64,000 bases of DNA from Cyanobacteria bacterium auto_48_18 (GCA_036170915.1 JAVHQC010000029.1:325437-389436), one strand, 5' to 3'; shown: positions 11,190 through 20,644, numbered from the stretch's first letter. Numbers and translations: made by a program. The notes: generated from the letters alone by a model not told the origin.

Positions 11190-11218
11190 AGTCTTAGATT
11201 CACTTTTTCCACCGACCA

Positions 11219-11392
11219 TCAATCTCGATTGGAAATTTCAATTTCATTGACTGGCGGATGTTCTTTCAAGCAGACGTGACAAACGTACGCACCCATATGA
11301 GGCAATATGCGTCTAGCACTCTCTGTCATGCGAAGACAAGCGAAACAGACGAAACGACCAAAGAGTATGCCTGTGCTGAATGAATCACTCAT
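11219..11392 (-). CDS. Candidate 57-aa ClpX-type C4 zinc-finger microprotein (not in ORF track)
   Basis: Manual translation MSDSFSTGILFGRFVCFACLRMTESARRILPHMGAYVCHVCLKEHPPVNEIEISNRD gives CxxC-x18-CxxC. No clear RBS. Confidence 0.5.
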   Translation of the reverse strand: MSDSFSTGILFGRFVCFACLRMTESARRILPHMGAYVCHVCLKEHPPVNEIEISNRD

Positions 11393-11423
11393 ATATGTGC
11401 TGCTTGGGCTCTTGAATTTCGAA

Positions 11424-11482
11424 AAAAATGACCATTAAACATTGTAATTACGATGTTATTACAATGTTTAATGGTCATTTTT
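11424..11482. repeat. 25-bp perfect inverted repeat with a 9-nt loop
   Basis: AAAAATGACCATTAAACATTGTAAT (11424-11448) and its reverse complement ATTACAATGTTTAATGGTCATTTTT (11458-11482). Confidence 0.95.
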
Positions 11483-11540
11483 CGCAATTTCAATACCTGC
11501 GCACGATGCTAAATCTCTAAACTCACTCTGGTCAGGATTT

Positions 11541-12203
11541 TCACTCATGCAGATAGCCCCAATCACCGATTGGTTCCACCCACCCACCATAAAGGTGGGA
11601 ATAATCATGAGCCGGTGTATAGGAAAATTCATCCCAATTTAAAATTCCTAAAGGACAATATACCTTGAGCTCCCATTTAGCCCCCTTCACCAGCGCCCTC
11701 TCGTCATGCGCATAACTATAGTCAGGGTATGCACCAATTCCGGTGCCCGGAACTTTGGCTAAATACATCGGCACCAAATCGTCAAGTTTATCTGGCGGAA
11801 AGCCCTTACTAGCTTCGTACTTAGAGATAGCCTGTATAAGCGGTTTTGATCGCTCAGCCAAGGCGGCAAAGCCGTCATGCCTAATTATCCTCGTGCTAAT
11901 CAAACTAAAAAATAATGCCCCGAAAAGGAGTAAGGACACTATTAACTGTTTAAACGCGGCCCCTCGCTTGGCAGGCTTGAGCAGACCCACTAGTGAAAGA
12001 AATGCCGCGATCAGAGCGCCAAATAATATAGGCATTGAGGCCATTGCCAAAGGTACATACAGTAACGAGCCGTAGCTGAAACCAAATGGTGACATCAAAA
12101 ACCATTCGTAAATGGGCCACGGCATAGAAACGGCGATTAAGAGATACACAAGGGCGAGTGGCTTCGTGCATCGATCTAGTAGCGTTGGAGAAAGGAGCAA
12201 CAT
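11541..12203 (-). CDS. Hypothetical membrane protein
   Basis: Three TM segments followed by an extracytoplasmic domain (AISKYEASKGFPPDKLDDLVPMYL). Confidence 0.7.
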   Translation of the reverse strand: MLLLSPTLLDRCTKPLALVYLLIAVSMPWPIYEWFLMSPFGFSYGSLLYVPLAMASMPILFGALIAAFLSLVGLLKPAKRGAAFKQLIVSLLLFGALFFSLISTRIIRHDGFAALAERSKPLIQAISKYEASKGFPPDKLDDLVPMYLAKVPGTGIGAYPDYSYAHDERALVKGAKWELKVYCPLGILNWDEFSYTPAHDYSHLYGGWVEPIGDWGYLHE

Positions 12204-12221
12204 TGGTGGCGCCTCTTATAA

Positions 12222-12599
12222 CTAAACCGCTTCGCTAAAACAAATGCGATTGCCAAACGGATCTGTAAGAGTCATGTCGCGAGTTTTCCATGGCGTCTTT
12301 TCAATTCCTGGCCGCATATACTTATATTTTTTATCGATCAGCTCACGGTGCAATTGTTCGAGATTTTTAGTCGCAACATTTACAGCCGATCCAGGGCAAG
12401 CATCGCCATGATGTTCGCTCAGACGCAAAACTAAATCGCCGCGTCGCACTTGCATAAAGAGCGGCATGTTGTCGTCGAAACGATGCTCCCACTCAAGAGT
12501 GAAGCCGAGAAAATCGAGATAAAATTCTCGCGCCTTTTCTTCCGAGAAGATTCGCAATACAGGAATTACCTGACCAAATGAGATTGAGGTATCACCCAC
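12222..12599 (-). CDS. VOC/glyoxalase superfamily protein
   Basis: IPVLRIFSEEKAREFYLDFLGF, LSEHHGD, DPFGNRICF. Confidence 0.9.
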   Translation of the reverse strand: MGDTSISFGQVIPVLRIFSEEKAREFYLDFLGFTLEWEHRFDDNMPLFMQVRRGDLVLRLSEHHGDACPGSAVNVATKNLEQLHRELIDKKYKYMRPGIEKTPWKTRDMTLTDPFGNRICFSEAV

Positions 12600-12654
12600 G
12601 CGATCATCCCGCCCAACTTAGTTGGGCCTTAAATATTAAATGGAAACTGTAGAG

Positions 12655-12756
12655 TTAACGGCCAGCTTTCTTCTCAGTTTTTACGGCTTTCTTCTCTTTC
12701 ATTGTCTTAGAGGCCTTCTTTTTGGTCTCTTTCTTTTTGACTTGTTCTTTTCCCAT
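12655..12756 (-). CDS. 33-aa lysine-rich small protein (not in ORF track)
   Basis: GGAGG 5 nt upstream of ATG; MGKEQVKKKETKKKASKTMKEKKAVKTEKKAGR; downstream hairpin GCCCAAC-TTA-GTTGGGC. Confidence 0.7.
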   Translation of the reverse strand: MGKEQVKKKETKKKASKTMKEKKAVKTEKKAGR

Positions 12757-12914
12757 GGTTGCCTCCAGGCGAACGTCACTACAGATTTTTATGTTACAGC
12801 AAGGCTGGGTTATCGACCAAGCTATAGCAAAATGGTAAAAACTCTACGTAAACTTATCATGTGCACTATAAAGGTATACCCTCGTTAGGGCGTAAATCAT
12901 TTCAGGAGTTACAG

Positions 12915-13556
12915 ATGTCAATAAAATCAATCTGCGGAGCGCTAGCTCTTGTCAGCATGGTATCAGCCAACCAGGCCTGGGCCGCCCCTGCCACAAAAAA
13001 AGCGGCGCCAGCTCCAGCGGCAGCAGCATCAACTGTCTGGAAAATTGATACACCACACAGCGATGTCAGTTTCAAAATTCGCCACTTAATGGTCTCAAAC
13101 GTTAAAGGGCATTTTTCAAAAGTCAGCGGCACCATCGACTATGACGGCAAAGACGTGAAGAGCGTCAAGATTGACGCCGAAATCGATGTCGACTCCATCG
13201 ACACCGGTGATAAAGGTCGCGATGAACACCTGAAGAATGCTGATTTCTTCGACGCTCCCAAATATCCAAAAATTACTTTCAAATCTACCAGCGTTAAAGG
13301 CGCCGGCAAGGGCAAATTCACAGTCGTTGGCGACTTGTCTATGCACGGTGTCACCAAAGCTGTAACACTAGACGTGGAAGGCCCGGCTGAGGCCATTAAA
13401 GATCCAAAGGGCATCACCAGAACTGGTGCCACCGCTACGGCCAAAATCAAACGCAAAGATTTTGGCATCTCATGGAACAAAAACATGGACGGCGGTGGCG
13501 TAATGTTGGGTGAAGAAGTGCCGGTGACAATCGAAATTGAAGCCGCCAAACAATAA
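12915..13556 (+). CDS. YceI-family polyisoprenoid-binding exported protein
   Basis: AGGAG RBS, signal peptide, WKIDTPHSDVSFKIRHLMVS, RDEHLKNADFFD, RKDFGI. Confidence 0.93.
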   Translation: MSIKSICGALALVSMVSANQAWAAPATKKAAPAPAAAASTVWKIDTPHSDVSFKIRHLMVSNVKGHFSKVSGTIDYDGKDVKSVKIDAEIDVDSIDTGDKGRDEHLKNADFFDAPKYPKITFKSTSVKGAGKGKFTVVGDLSMHGVTKAVTLDVEGPAEAIKDPKGITRTGATATAKIKRKDFGISWNKNMDGGGVMLGEEVPVTIEIEAAKQ

Positions 13557-14633
13557 ATGAAGCGAGCGACAATCACTGTAGCTCTACTAGCCCTATTGGG
13601 CCCCGTTGTTCTAGACAGCGGGGCCCTGGCCGCACCAGACCAGAGTTTGCGGCAGGCCATTGAAGCCTACAACAAGGCTGATTATCAACGTTGCACAACT
13701 CTACTGGAAGGTGCCTGTGCAGACGGGCTTTCACGCGACGCCACCGCCCACTATTACCTGGCCAATTCTCTAATTAAGCTCAAGCGCGGTAGAGAAGCTC
13801 GTGCCCATTATGAAATTACAGCCGCTCTAGCACCAAATACGGCACTAGCAAATTATGCCAACTCTGGCCTGGCAAGCCTGAATGGAGCAGCTAGAAATAC
13901 CGAGGTTCCAGCAAGAAAATCAGCTGCCCCCGCCGTCAATGACGCAGTGGCGGCTGAAGAAGAGAAGAAGAAGCAGCAAGAGGAAGCTCTTTATCCTACT
14001 GCTGTTCCGAAAGACTTTAATCCTGCATCTATCGACAAAACTCTCGTTGAAGTAAAAAGAACCACTGCCGATACTAATTTTGCTCTGTCGCAAGTCGATC
14101 GCGCTTTAAAAATCGTGCCGAAAAAAATCCGCGATGAATTAAAAGATTTTGGCGTCAAAGTGATGGTCACACCCGGAATGGTAGAAGCCGATCCCGATCT
14201 AGCTATGGAAAGGCCGCGTGGCTACGTTCACGGAGGCGGCTATACAAATTGTCCGGCCATGTACCGCGGCAATTCAAAACTAATTTTGATATCTGAAAGA
14301 GTTTCATGGAAGAGCAGCGTGCCCAGGCAGAATCCCGAAATTTGCGCATCGATGCTGCACGAAATGGGTCACGCATTCGACCACTGCCGCCGTAATCTTT
14401 CGCAGAACCCGGTCTATACCAGAAATTATACTGAAGATCTGCAGTGTCTCACCAATACGCAAAAAAACACATTCCCCTATTACACTCAGGGCGACGGCGC
14501 CGGTGAATCTGAATTGTTTGCCGAACTTTTCTCGTTTGCGGCTGATCCACGCCTGCTGACAGTGCCTTACAATGCCAGCCTGGCGAAAACTTTTCCAAAA
14601 ACATTCAAGTACATAACCAATGTCATTAAGTGA
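13557..14633 (+). CDS. Exported TPR plus anthrax-lethal-factor-like (ATLF/M34-type) zinc metallopeptidase
   Basis: Signal peptide, TPR (AHYYLANSLIKL), PRGY, LHEMGHAFD zincin motif and downstream ELFAELF. Confidence 0.75.
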   Translation: MKRATITVALLALLGPVVLDSGALAAPDQSLRQAIEAYNKADYQRCTTLLEGACADGLSRDATAHYYLANSLIKLKRGREARAHYEITAALAPNTALANYANSGLASLNGAARNTEVPARKSAAPAVNDAVAAEEEKKKQQEEALYPTAVPKDFNPASIDKTLVEVKRTTADTNFALSQVDRALKIVPKKIRDELKDFGVKVMVTPGMVEADPDLAMERPRGYVHGGGYTNCPAMYRGNSKLILISERVSWKSSVPRQNPEICASMLHEMGHAFDHCRRNLSQNPVYTRNYTEDLQCLTNTQKNTFPYYTQGDGAGESELFAELFSFAADPRLLTVPYNASLAKTFPKTFKYITNVIK

Positions 14634-15288
14634 AAAACTGCCAGTCGAAATTCTTCAAAGTCTCGTGGAGAAAATCACGAGCCTTGGCAAAGATCAACGT
14701 TATTTGCTTGGCATAACCGGCTTTCCAGCATCAGGCAAAAGCACACTAAGTTTGGAACTGGCTCAAACAATCAATCAAAAAATGCAAAGTGAAGTGGCAA
14801 TAGTAGTGCCAATGGATGGTTTTCATCGCCTCAATGCTGAGCTCAAGGCCTGGGATCTGTGGGAGCTTAAGGGCATTCCTGACAGTTTCAATGCTGAAGC
14901 ATTTATCGAGTTATTGAAAGCTTTGCGCGAACAAACTGCCACCACGATTGGTTGCCCTGCCTTTGACCGTGCCACCGAAGAACCAGCCGACAACGCCATT
15001 CGCGTTCTGCCTCAACATAAGCTATTAATTGTCGAAGGCAACTATCTATTGCTGGCCAGTAATCCGTGGCAGAACGTCAAGCCGCTGCTAGACGAGGTCT
15101 GGTACATCGAAAGCACCTTGACCGAAATCAAACCAAGGTTGCTCGAAAGGCATACGAAAGGTGGGCGTTCACCTGATCAGGCCAAAGAGAAAATGAATTC
15201 CACCGACCTGCCCAATGCCAAATTAATCAAGACGACAAGACCCATGGCCGACCAGATCATCAGACTGGGGCGGGGAAATTCCCACTGA
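14620..15288 (+). CDS. P-loop nucleoside/pantothenate kinase-like protein (YggC/FrcK family)
   Basis: GFPASGKST, VPMDGFH, IVEGNYLL. Confidence 0.88.
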   Translation: MSLSEKLPVEILQSLVEKITSLGKDQRYLLGITGFPASGKSTLSLELAQTINQKMQSEVAIVVPMDGFHRLNAELKAWDLWELKGIPDSFNAEAFIELLKALREQTATTIGCPAFDRATEEPADNAIRVLPQHKLLIVEGNYLLLASNPWQNVKPLLDEVWYIESTLTEIKPRLLERHTKGGRSPDQAKEKMNSTDLPNAKLIKTTRPMADQIIRLGRGNSH

Positions 15289-15356
15289 GCTCGAGAAATA
15301 ATTATATATTTTCCGACACTGCGGTTAATATATAACCGTCATGGCGGAGACATTGA

Positions 15357-16010
15357 ATGAGTCAAAATAACGGCGGTGGCGGTCTTCCCGGCCACCACCC
15401 TGATCAATCACCTAGTTGGAGCAGTGCGTTACAAGGCGCGAAAAACAATAAGCCAATTACTTCATTACCGAATCCTACAATTGTTCCCATCATTGGGGCG
15501 CTTGTGGTTTTTCTGATTATGCTATTGCCATTCATTATCAATTGGGGTGACGGCGGCATCGAATTGCCGTGGGTCACGCAAAGACGCGTCGATGCAGAAA
15601 GAGAAGCCCAGGCTGTCGGTCGCGACAATGTGGGCCAAATCATCGCACCGGCGGCAGAAAGTGCTGCACTACCGGATGGCATGCCCACCAACCGACCACA
15701 AGCCAGCTTTGATCAGCAACTAATGTATGCCTCACAACAAGGGTTCGGCTCAAAGCCCCGTGCATCAGTAGCGCAAAATTACCCCCAGTCAAATTTTGCA
15801 CAAAACAACTCTGCGCAAGACAGCCCTGCACAAAACACCTATGCGCAGAACACTTACGCTCAGCCAAATTATCCCCAAAGCAATTACAGTCAGCCTACTT
15901 ATGGCCAGCCTGGTTTTGCTCAGCCCAACATGGCCCAGTATGGCGGCGGCAACTATGCGTCAGCGGGCGCGCAACCAGCCGCCAGGCACCGCGTTTTCGC
16001 CGAGCGCTAG
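15357..16010 (+). CDS. Hypothetical single-TM protein with a Q/N/Y-rich pentapeptide tail
   Basis: GGAGA RBS; TM at about aa 42-62; repeats QNTYA/QPNYP/QSNYS. Confidence 0.75.
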   Translation: MSQNNGGGGLPGHHPDQSPSWSSALQGAKNNKPITSLPNPTIVPIIGALVVFLIMLLPFIINWGDGGIELPWVTQRRVDAEREAQAVGRDNVGQIIAPAAESAALPDGMPTNRPQASFDQQLMYASQQGFGSKPRASVAQNYPQSNFAQNNSAQDSPAQNTYAQNTYAQPNYPQSNYSQPTYGQPGFAQPNMAQYGGGNYASAGAQPAARHRVFAER

Positions 16011-16087
16011 GCTTTCGTCAGCTGCGCTGTGACTCTCGGCCAAGCGGGTATACCTTAGGTATCCGATGAAAAGGTCGAGCTATAAAA

Positions 16088-18142
16088 ATGTCGACGTCAA
16101 AGCGGCCGCCAAGACTTTATGCAATCGGCTTGCATCGCCCGTTTACGAGGCGACTTCTTAAGCTTCTCGTACTGCCACTGCCAATTTATCTTTTGTATCT
16201 AGCATTACCTCTAGAGCTGCCACTCGACTGGCGATATTACATGCTCTACAAGGTGCTGCCCTGGCTTTATGCCGGCTTATGTATCGCATTAGTTAGTAAA
16301 AAACTCTATGTCAGCAACAACCATTTTCGCTTTGCTCTCGGTCCGCAATACGATAGCGCAAACCTGCTTGAAGTAGACACCACGGGTAGTGACTCAAAAG
16401 CAGATAAAGTAGTGCTGCTTTTTAAGAAAGGAGAAAGAGTAAAACAAGAAACCATCAGCCTTTCAAATTTAAAAATTGAAAATAGACTGCGCTTGCTGCG
16501 GGCGATTGAGCAGAATGCTCCCCATGCCAAAATTTCGACATCTGCCCGCAATGCACTCAATAATCAATTTGCAAACAAGATACTAACTCTAAGCGGCAGA
16601 ACACATTTAGTCTACGATACTCGTCCATTGCTCGGCCAATTCGTTCAAATGTTGGCCGGTTATCAAAATTATTTCTGGCTGGCATGGATCTGTACTTGCT
16701 CGCTGCTGGTAGGTTTTGCATATTTCATGCTGCGCATGCAGCATTACACAGATAATCCACTTGGCCATCAAATTAGAACAATTACAGGTCCCCTTATCAG
16801 TGCCTTTTTTAAAATGCTGCTGTCTACCGGTGATGTGGCTGTTGCCGGAGCAACTCACGCTAACGGTTTGCTTGGCTTGATTGCGATCACGATCTTAGGA
16901 GCAGTGGCTCTGCCTTACTGTTTAGGCGCAAACAGATTGACTATCACCGATAACGGCTTGAGCTTAGAGCTGGCGGCTATGGGCCTAAAGAAACAACTGG
17001 GGCAAATCAAATGGTCAGAAATTGACAAGATCAATTTGTCGCAGAAGACAGGTAGCCGTGACAAGCAACAAAATCTTGTGAAAATTGAAAGCGCCTCAGG
17101 GCATAGTTTCTCAATCGATCTTCAAGCGCTGGGCAGTTCATCACAAAGAGGAGTTCTGGCTCAAGCAATAGAAAAATATGCGCCGCATGTGGCCATAGAT
17201 TCAAACGCCATTGCCATGCTCAGGCCGCCAACAGAATCAAGTTTTACGGACATCTGGCTATCAGGAATTACCAGGGCGCCGCATTCAGAGGCGCTGGTGC
17301 CGCTTGTGGCGGGCGACACAATTAAAGACGGACACTACAAAATTATTGACCGCTTTATGCTCGGCGGGCAGAGCACAGTTTATCTCGCCTCATACTCTAA
17401 CGGCAGCGACGCAGAAAATCTCGATCTAAAAAATGTCGACCTAAAAAGTGTCAATTTGATTGTCAAAGAATCAATCCTTCCCACATTCAATGACATTGAC
17501 AAAAATCTCGCGCAGTATGCGAAGTACAAGGCCGAAGCTGATTTTCTAGCTAATCTCAACCACCCTGGTCTGGTGAAAGTAATCGATTCATTTGTAGAAG
17601 GCAGCCGCGGCTTTCTGGTGATGGAAAGAGTACACGGCGAGAGCCTTAAGAGTCTCGTGCAAAAAAACGGATATTTCAGTGAAGAAGCAGTCAGAGATTT
17701 TGCCTTGCAAATGTGTGAAATTCTCGGCTATTTGCACGGGCAAAAGGTGATACACCGCGATTTCACACCAGACAATCTAATGCTCGATGACCATGGCAAA
17801 ATCAAACTTATAGATTTTGGCGTAGCACAAAATACAACTGAGCATGTTACCTCAGCTGTTGTGGGCAAGCATGCATATATGCCGCCGGAGCAGTTTCGTG
17901 GGCAGGCCACTGAACGCAGTGACCTTTACGCCATGGGAGCGACACTATTCTATTTACTTTCAGCTAATGAACCCACGCCGCTTTCCAAGTTACAGCTTGA
18001 TACTACTATTGGTGGCAACGTAGTATTGCGCAGCAAACTTGCTGAGCTTATTAGCTCTCTGACAGAATTTGAAGAACAAAAACGTCCTGAGAGCGCATCT
18101 GAGGTGGGTCGCGCCCTTTTACAGGTAATTGAACTTGGCTAA
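16088..18142 (+). CDS. Multi-TM Hanks-type Ser/Thr protein kinase
   Basis: GGQSTVY, VKE, HRDFTPDN, DFG, YMPPEQ, SDLYAMG; about 4 N-terminal TM segments. Confidence 0.92.
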   Translation: MSTSKRPPRLYAIGLHRPFTRRLLKLLVLPLPIYLLYLALPLELPLDWRYYMLYKVLPWLYAGLCIALVSKKLYVSNNHFRFALGPQYDSANLLEVDTTGSDSKADKVVLLFKKGERVKQETISLSNLKIENRLRLLRAIEQNAPHAKISTSARNALNNQFANKILTLSGRTHLVYDTRPLLGQFVQMLAGYQNYFWLAWICTCSLLVGFAYFMLRMQHYTDNPLGHQIRTITGPLISAFFKMLLSTGDVAVAGATHANGLLGLIAITILGAVALPYCLGANRLTITDNGLSLELAAMGLKKQLGQIKWSEIDKINLSQKTGSRDKQQNLVKIESASGHSFSIDLQALGSSSQRGVLAQAIEKYAPHVAIDSNAIAMLRPPTESSFTDIWLSGITRAPHSEALVPLVAGDTIKDGHYKIIDRFMLGGQSTVYLASYSNGSDAENLDLKNVDLKSVNLIVKESILPTFNDIDKNLAQYAKYKAEADFLANLNHPGLVKVIDSFVEGSRGFLVMERVHGESLKSLVQKNGYFSEEAVRDFALQMCEILGYLHGQKVIHRDFTPDNLMLDDHGKIKLIDFGVAQNTTEHVTSAVVGKHAYMPPEQFRGQATERSDLYAMGATLFYLLSANEPTPLSKLQLDTTIGGNVVLRSKLAELISSLTEFEEQKRPESASEVGRALLQVIELG

Positions 18143-19580
18143 CGAGAATGTTGTAATCAACTATCGCAGCAAAGTGGCAACATTGATCACATGGTTGTGC
18201 GTATTGTCTTCACCGGTCTGGCTTATTGTGCCGACCATCTACCTGACCTGTGTAGTTGCCTCGGTGATTATCCATCTGCTTACTCAACCCTCCGTATTCT
18301 TTTCGGCTTTTAGTTACCTCCTGTCAGATCCTTTAAAAGCAATTGGCTTTATAGTCAGCGCGGTGAGCTACATCGGTGCTTTTGCCACAGTTAGCCTGCT
18401 TGCCACAGATCGCAAGCTCATAGCTAACGACACCGGATTGCGATTGCCAATGTTTCTAGCCTTACTAAACGGTCTCAAAAACAATATCGCCTGGTCAAAA
18501 GTCGCGAGCATGATTGTGGCAGGCAACATTGATGACGCCTACGAAAAATTGCAGTTGCAGATTCACACAGTCGACAACAAAAACTATAATCTCAAACTGG
18601 GGGCAATGACTCCACAAGATGCAGAAAAATTGCTCTTAGCTGCCGAAATGTGGCTGCCTCAAAATGCCCGCAACCCTTTGCTTGAATCACTTCAACAAAA
18701 ATTTGCGGTGTTGGCACTACCAGGCAGAGAACGCAGTCATCGCCAGATGCTTGGTGACGAATTAGATAGTCGCTTTACCGCAGCAGCATTCATACCATTA
18801 GAACCAGGCGAGGTTCTTGATACCGGAAGGCTGGTAGTTATAAGGCAAATTGCTTTTGGCGGATTGTCCGCAGTCTATCTAGTGCAGGAAGACAAACACA
18901 CTCTGTATGTGCTCAAAGAATCAGTCATTCCCAGCCAAAGCAAAGACGAGCTAAAGCAAAAAGCTTATGAGCTATTCAGACGTGAAGTTGAGTTGCTCAA
19001 ACGTCTGGAACACCCAAACATAGTGAAAGTGATTAGAGCATTTCGCGAAAATGAACGAGAATATTTGCTTTTACAATATATCGCCGGCGAAACTTTCAGA
19101 CAAATGGTGCGCGAAAATGGCCCGCGCCCACAAAGCGAAGTGCTTGCCTGGGCTCACTCTCTAACTGACACGCTCAGCTATTTGCATGGTATGAATCCGC
19201 CGATTTTGCATCGCGATCTCACACCTGAAAATATAATTTTGGCCAGTACTAATGTGCCGATTATTATCGACTTTGGCGTGGCCAACGAATTAATTGCCAA
19301 TGCCACCGCCACTCTGGTGGGTAAACACTGCTATATTTCGCCCGAGCAATTTCGCGGGCAGGCACTGGCGCAAAGCGACATTTATTCACTGGGTGGAACA
19401 CTTCACTATTTGCTCACCGGCAAAGAACCAGTGCCACTTTCGCAATCGATTCCACGCACCATCGACTCAAACATTTCGGAAAGCTTGAGCCAAGTGGTGG
19501 CAGATATGACGGCGCCCGATCTTTCAACGCGCATTGCTTCAGCCGCTGATTTAAAAGAGCGTTTGAAGATGTGTGTTTGA
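18129..19580 (+). CDS. Membrane Hanks-type Ser/Thr protein kinase
   Basis: GGLSAVY, LKE, HRDLTPEN, DFG, YISPEQ, SDIYSLG; overlaps the upstream kinase gene. Confidence 0.92.
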   Translation: MNLANENVVINYRSKVATLITWLCVLSSPVWLIVPTIYLTCVVASVIIHLLTQPSVFFSAFSYLLSDPLKAIGFIVSAVSYIGAFATVSLLATDRKLIANDTGLRLPMFLALLNGLKNNIAWSKVASMIVAGNIDDAYEKLQLQIHTVDNKNYNLKLGAMTPQDAEKLLLAAEMWLPQNARNPLLESLQQKFAVLALPGRERSHRQMLGDELDSRFTAAAFIPLEPGEVLDTGRLVVIRQIAFGGLSAVYLVQEDKHTLYVLKESVIPSQSKDELKQKAYELFRREVELLKRLEHPNIVKVIRAFRENEREYLLLQYIAGETFRQMVRENGPRPQSEVLAWAHSLTDTLSYLHGMNPPILHRDLTPENIILASTNVPIIIDFGVANELIANATATLVGKHCYISPEQFRGQALAQSDIYSLGGTLHYLLTGKEPVPLSQSIPRTIDSNISESLSQVVADMTAPDLSTRIASAADLKERLKMCV

Positions 19581-19589
19581 ATTTGCAAG

Positions 19590-19808
19590 TTACGCAACTT
19601 CTTTGTTGCGGCTGAACAACTCAACTACGTTGTGAACCGCGCGCTGGATGAAATTTTGCCTTTGCATGCGACGCAGTCTTTTTGTTCTCTTTTTCACAGC
19701 AACAACGGGCTCAATGCCGTATTGCTCACCCAGGCTAGCCAACCAGGTTTCTTCAGGGGTGTGCCCTGTGAAGCTTGTGGCAACTGTATTGTGGTCTGAA
19801 ATATGCAT
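19590..19808 (-). CDS. Small hypothetical protein
   Basis: AGGAGA RBS upstream of ATG; 72 aa. Confidence 0.6.
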   Translation of the reverse strand: MHISDHNTVATSFTGHTPEETWLASLGEQYGIEPVVAVKKRTKRLRRMQRQNFIQRAVHNVVELFSRNKEVA

Positions 19809-19940
19809 GGAATGTCTCCTTTTAGGCCCCCTCTCCAGCGTCTTAACTGACTGGTCAGTCTACCTAAAAGTTCCTAAATTTAATAATTTACGAAAAGCCC
19901 GGCGACATTGACTAGACTATCTAGAGTGAGACTGTAAGCG

Positions 19941-20600
19941 ATGCCTGAGGAGACCGTGGTGAAACTTGAAATTTATTCTGACATCGTCTGCCCCTGGTGC
20001 TACATCGGCAAAGCTCGATTAGACAAGGCACTGAAGCAATTAGGCAACACAGTGGATTTTCAGGTGGTTTGGCGGCCATTTGAGCTCAACCCCACCATGC
20101 CAGCCGAGGGAATGTGCCGCAAAGAATATCGCACCTGTAAATTTGGCAGCTGGGAGCGCTCACAAGAAATGGATAAAGAGATAACAGCTAAAGCTGCCGC
20201 CGACGGGCTCAATTTTAACCTCGACAAACTAGAGCGCACTCCAAATACATTTAATGCCCACCGCCTCATGTGGTTTGCTGAACCAAAAGGCAAACAAGAT
20301 GCAGTGGCCGACTTGCTGTTTAAAAAATATTTTGAAGAAGCTGCCGATATCGGCAGCACTGATGTATTAGTCGAAATTGGCGTTGAGGCCGGCCTCGACA
20401 AAAAAGAAGTAACCGCATTTTTGGCATCGGAAGCAGGCACTAATGAAGTAAAGGCAGAAGAGCAAGTTGGAATTCGCCTCGGAATTAGCGGGGTGCCCGC
20501 TTTTGTTATCGAGGGCGACGTTATTGCCTCTGGTGCCCAATCTCCAGACCAGTTCGCTGAAACTTTGAAGCGTGTATACATGGCCTATCAACAAGTCTAA
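19941..20600 (+). CDS. DsbA-family (FrnE-like) dithiol-disulfide oxidoreductase
   Basis: SDIVCPWCYIGK, PFELNP, GISGVP. Confidence 0.92.
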   Translation: MPEETVVKLEIYSDIVCPWCYIGKARLDKALKQLGNTVDFQVVWRPFELNPTMPAEGMCRKEYRTCKFGSWERSQEMDKEITAKAAADGLNFNLDKLERTPNTFNAHRLMWFAEPKGKQDAVADLLFKKYFEEAADIGSTDVLVEIGVEAGLDKKEVTAFLASEAGTNEVKAEEQVGIRLGISGVPAFVIEGDVIASGAQSPDQFAETLKRVYMAYQQV

Positions 20601-20644
20601 ATACGGTAAACTAGGGCCTCGTTCATAAATTTTCGCGAGGGCCA

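Noticed and set aside
12640..12888. + strand 82-aa Phe/Leu-rich ORF
   Set aside because: Antisense shadow of the lysine-rich microprotein, which has the RBS.
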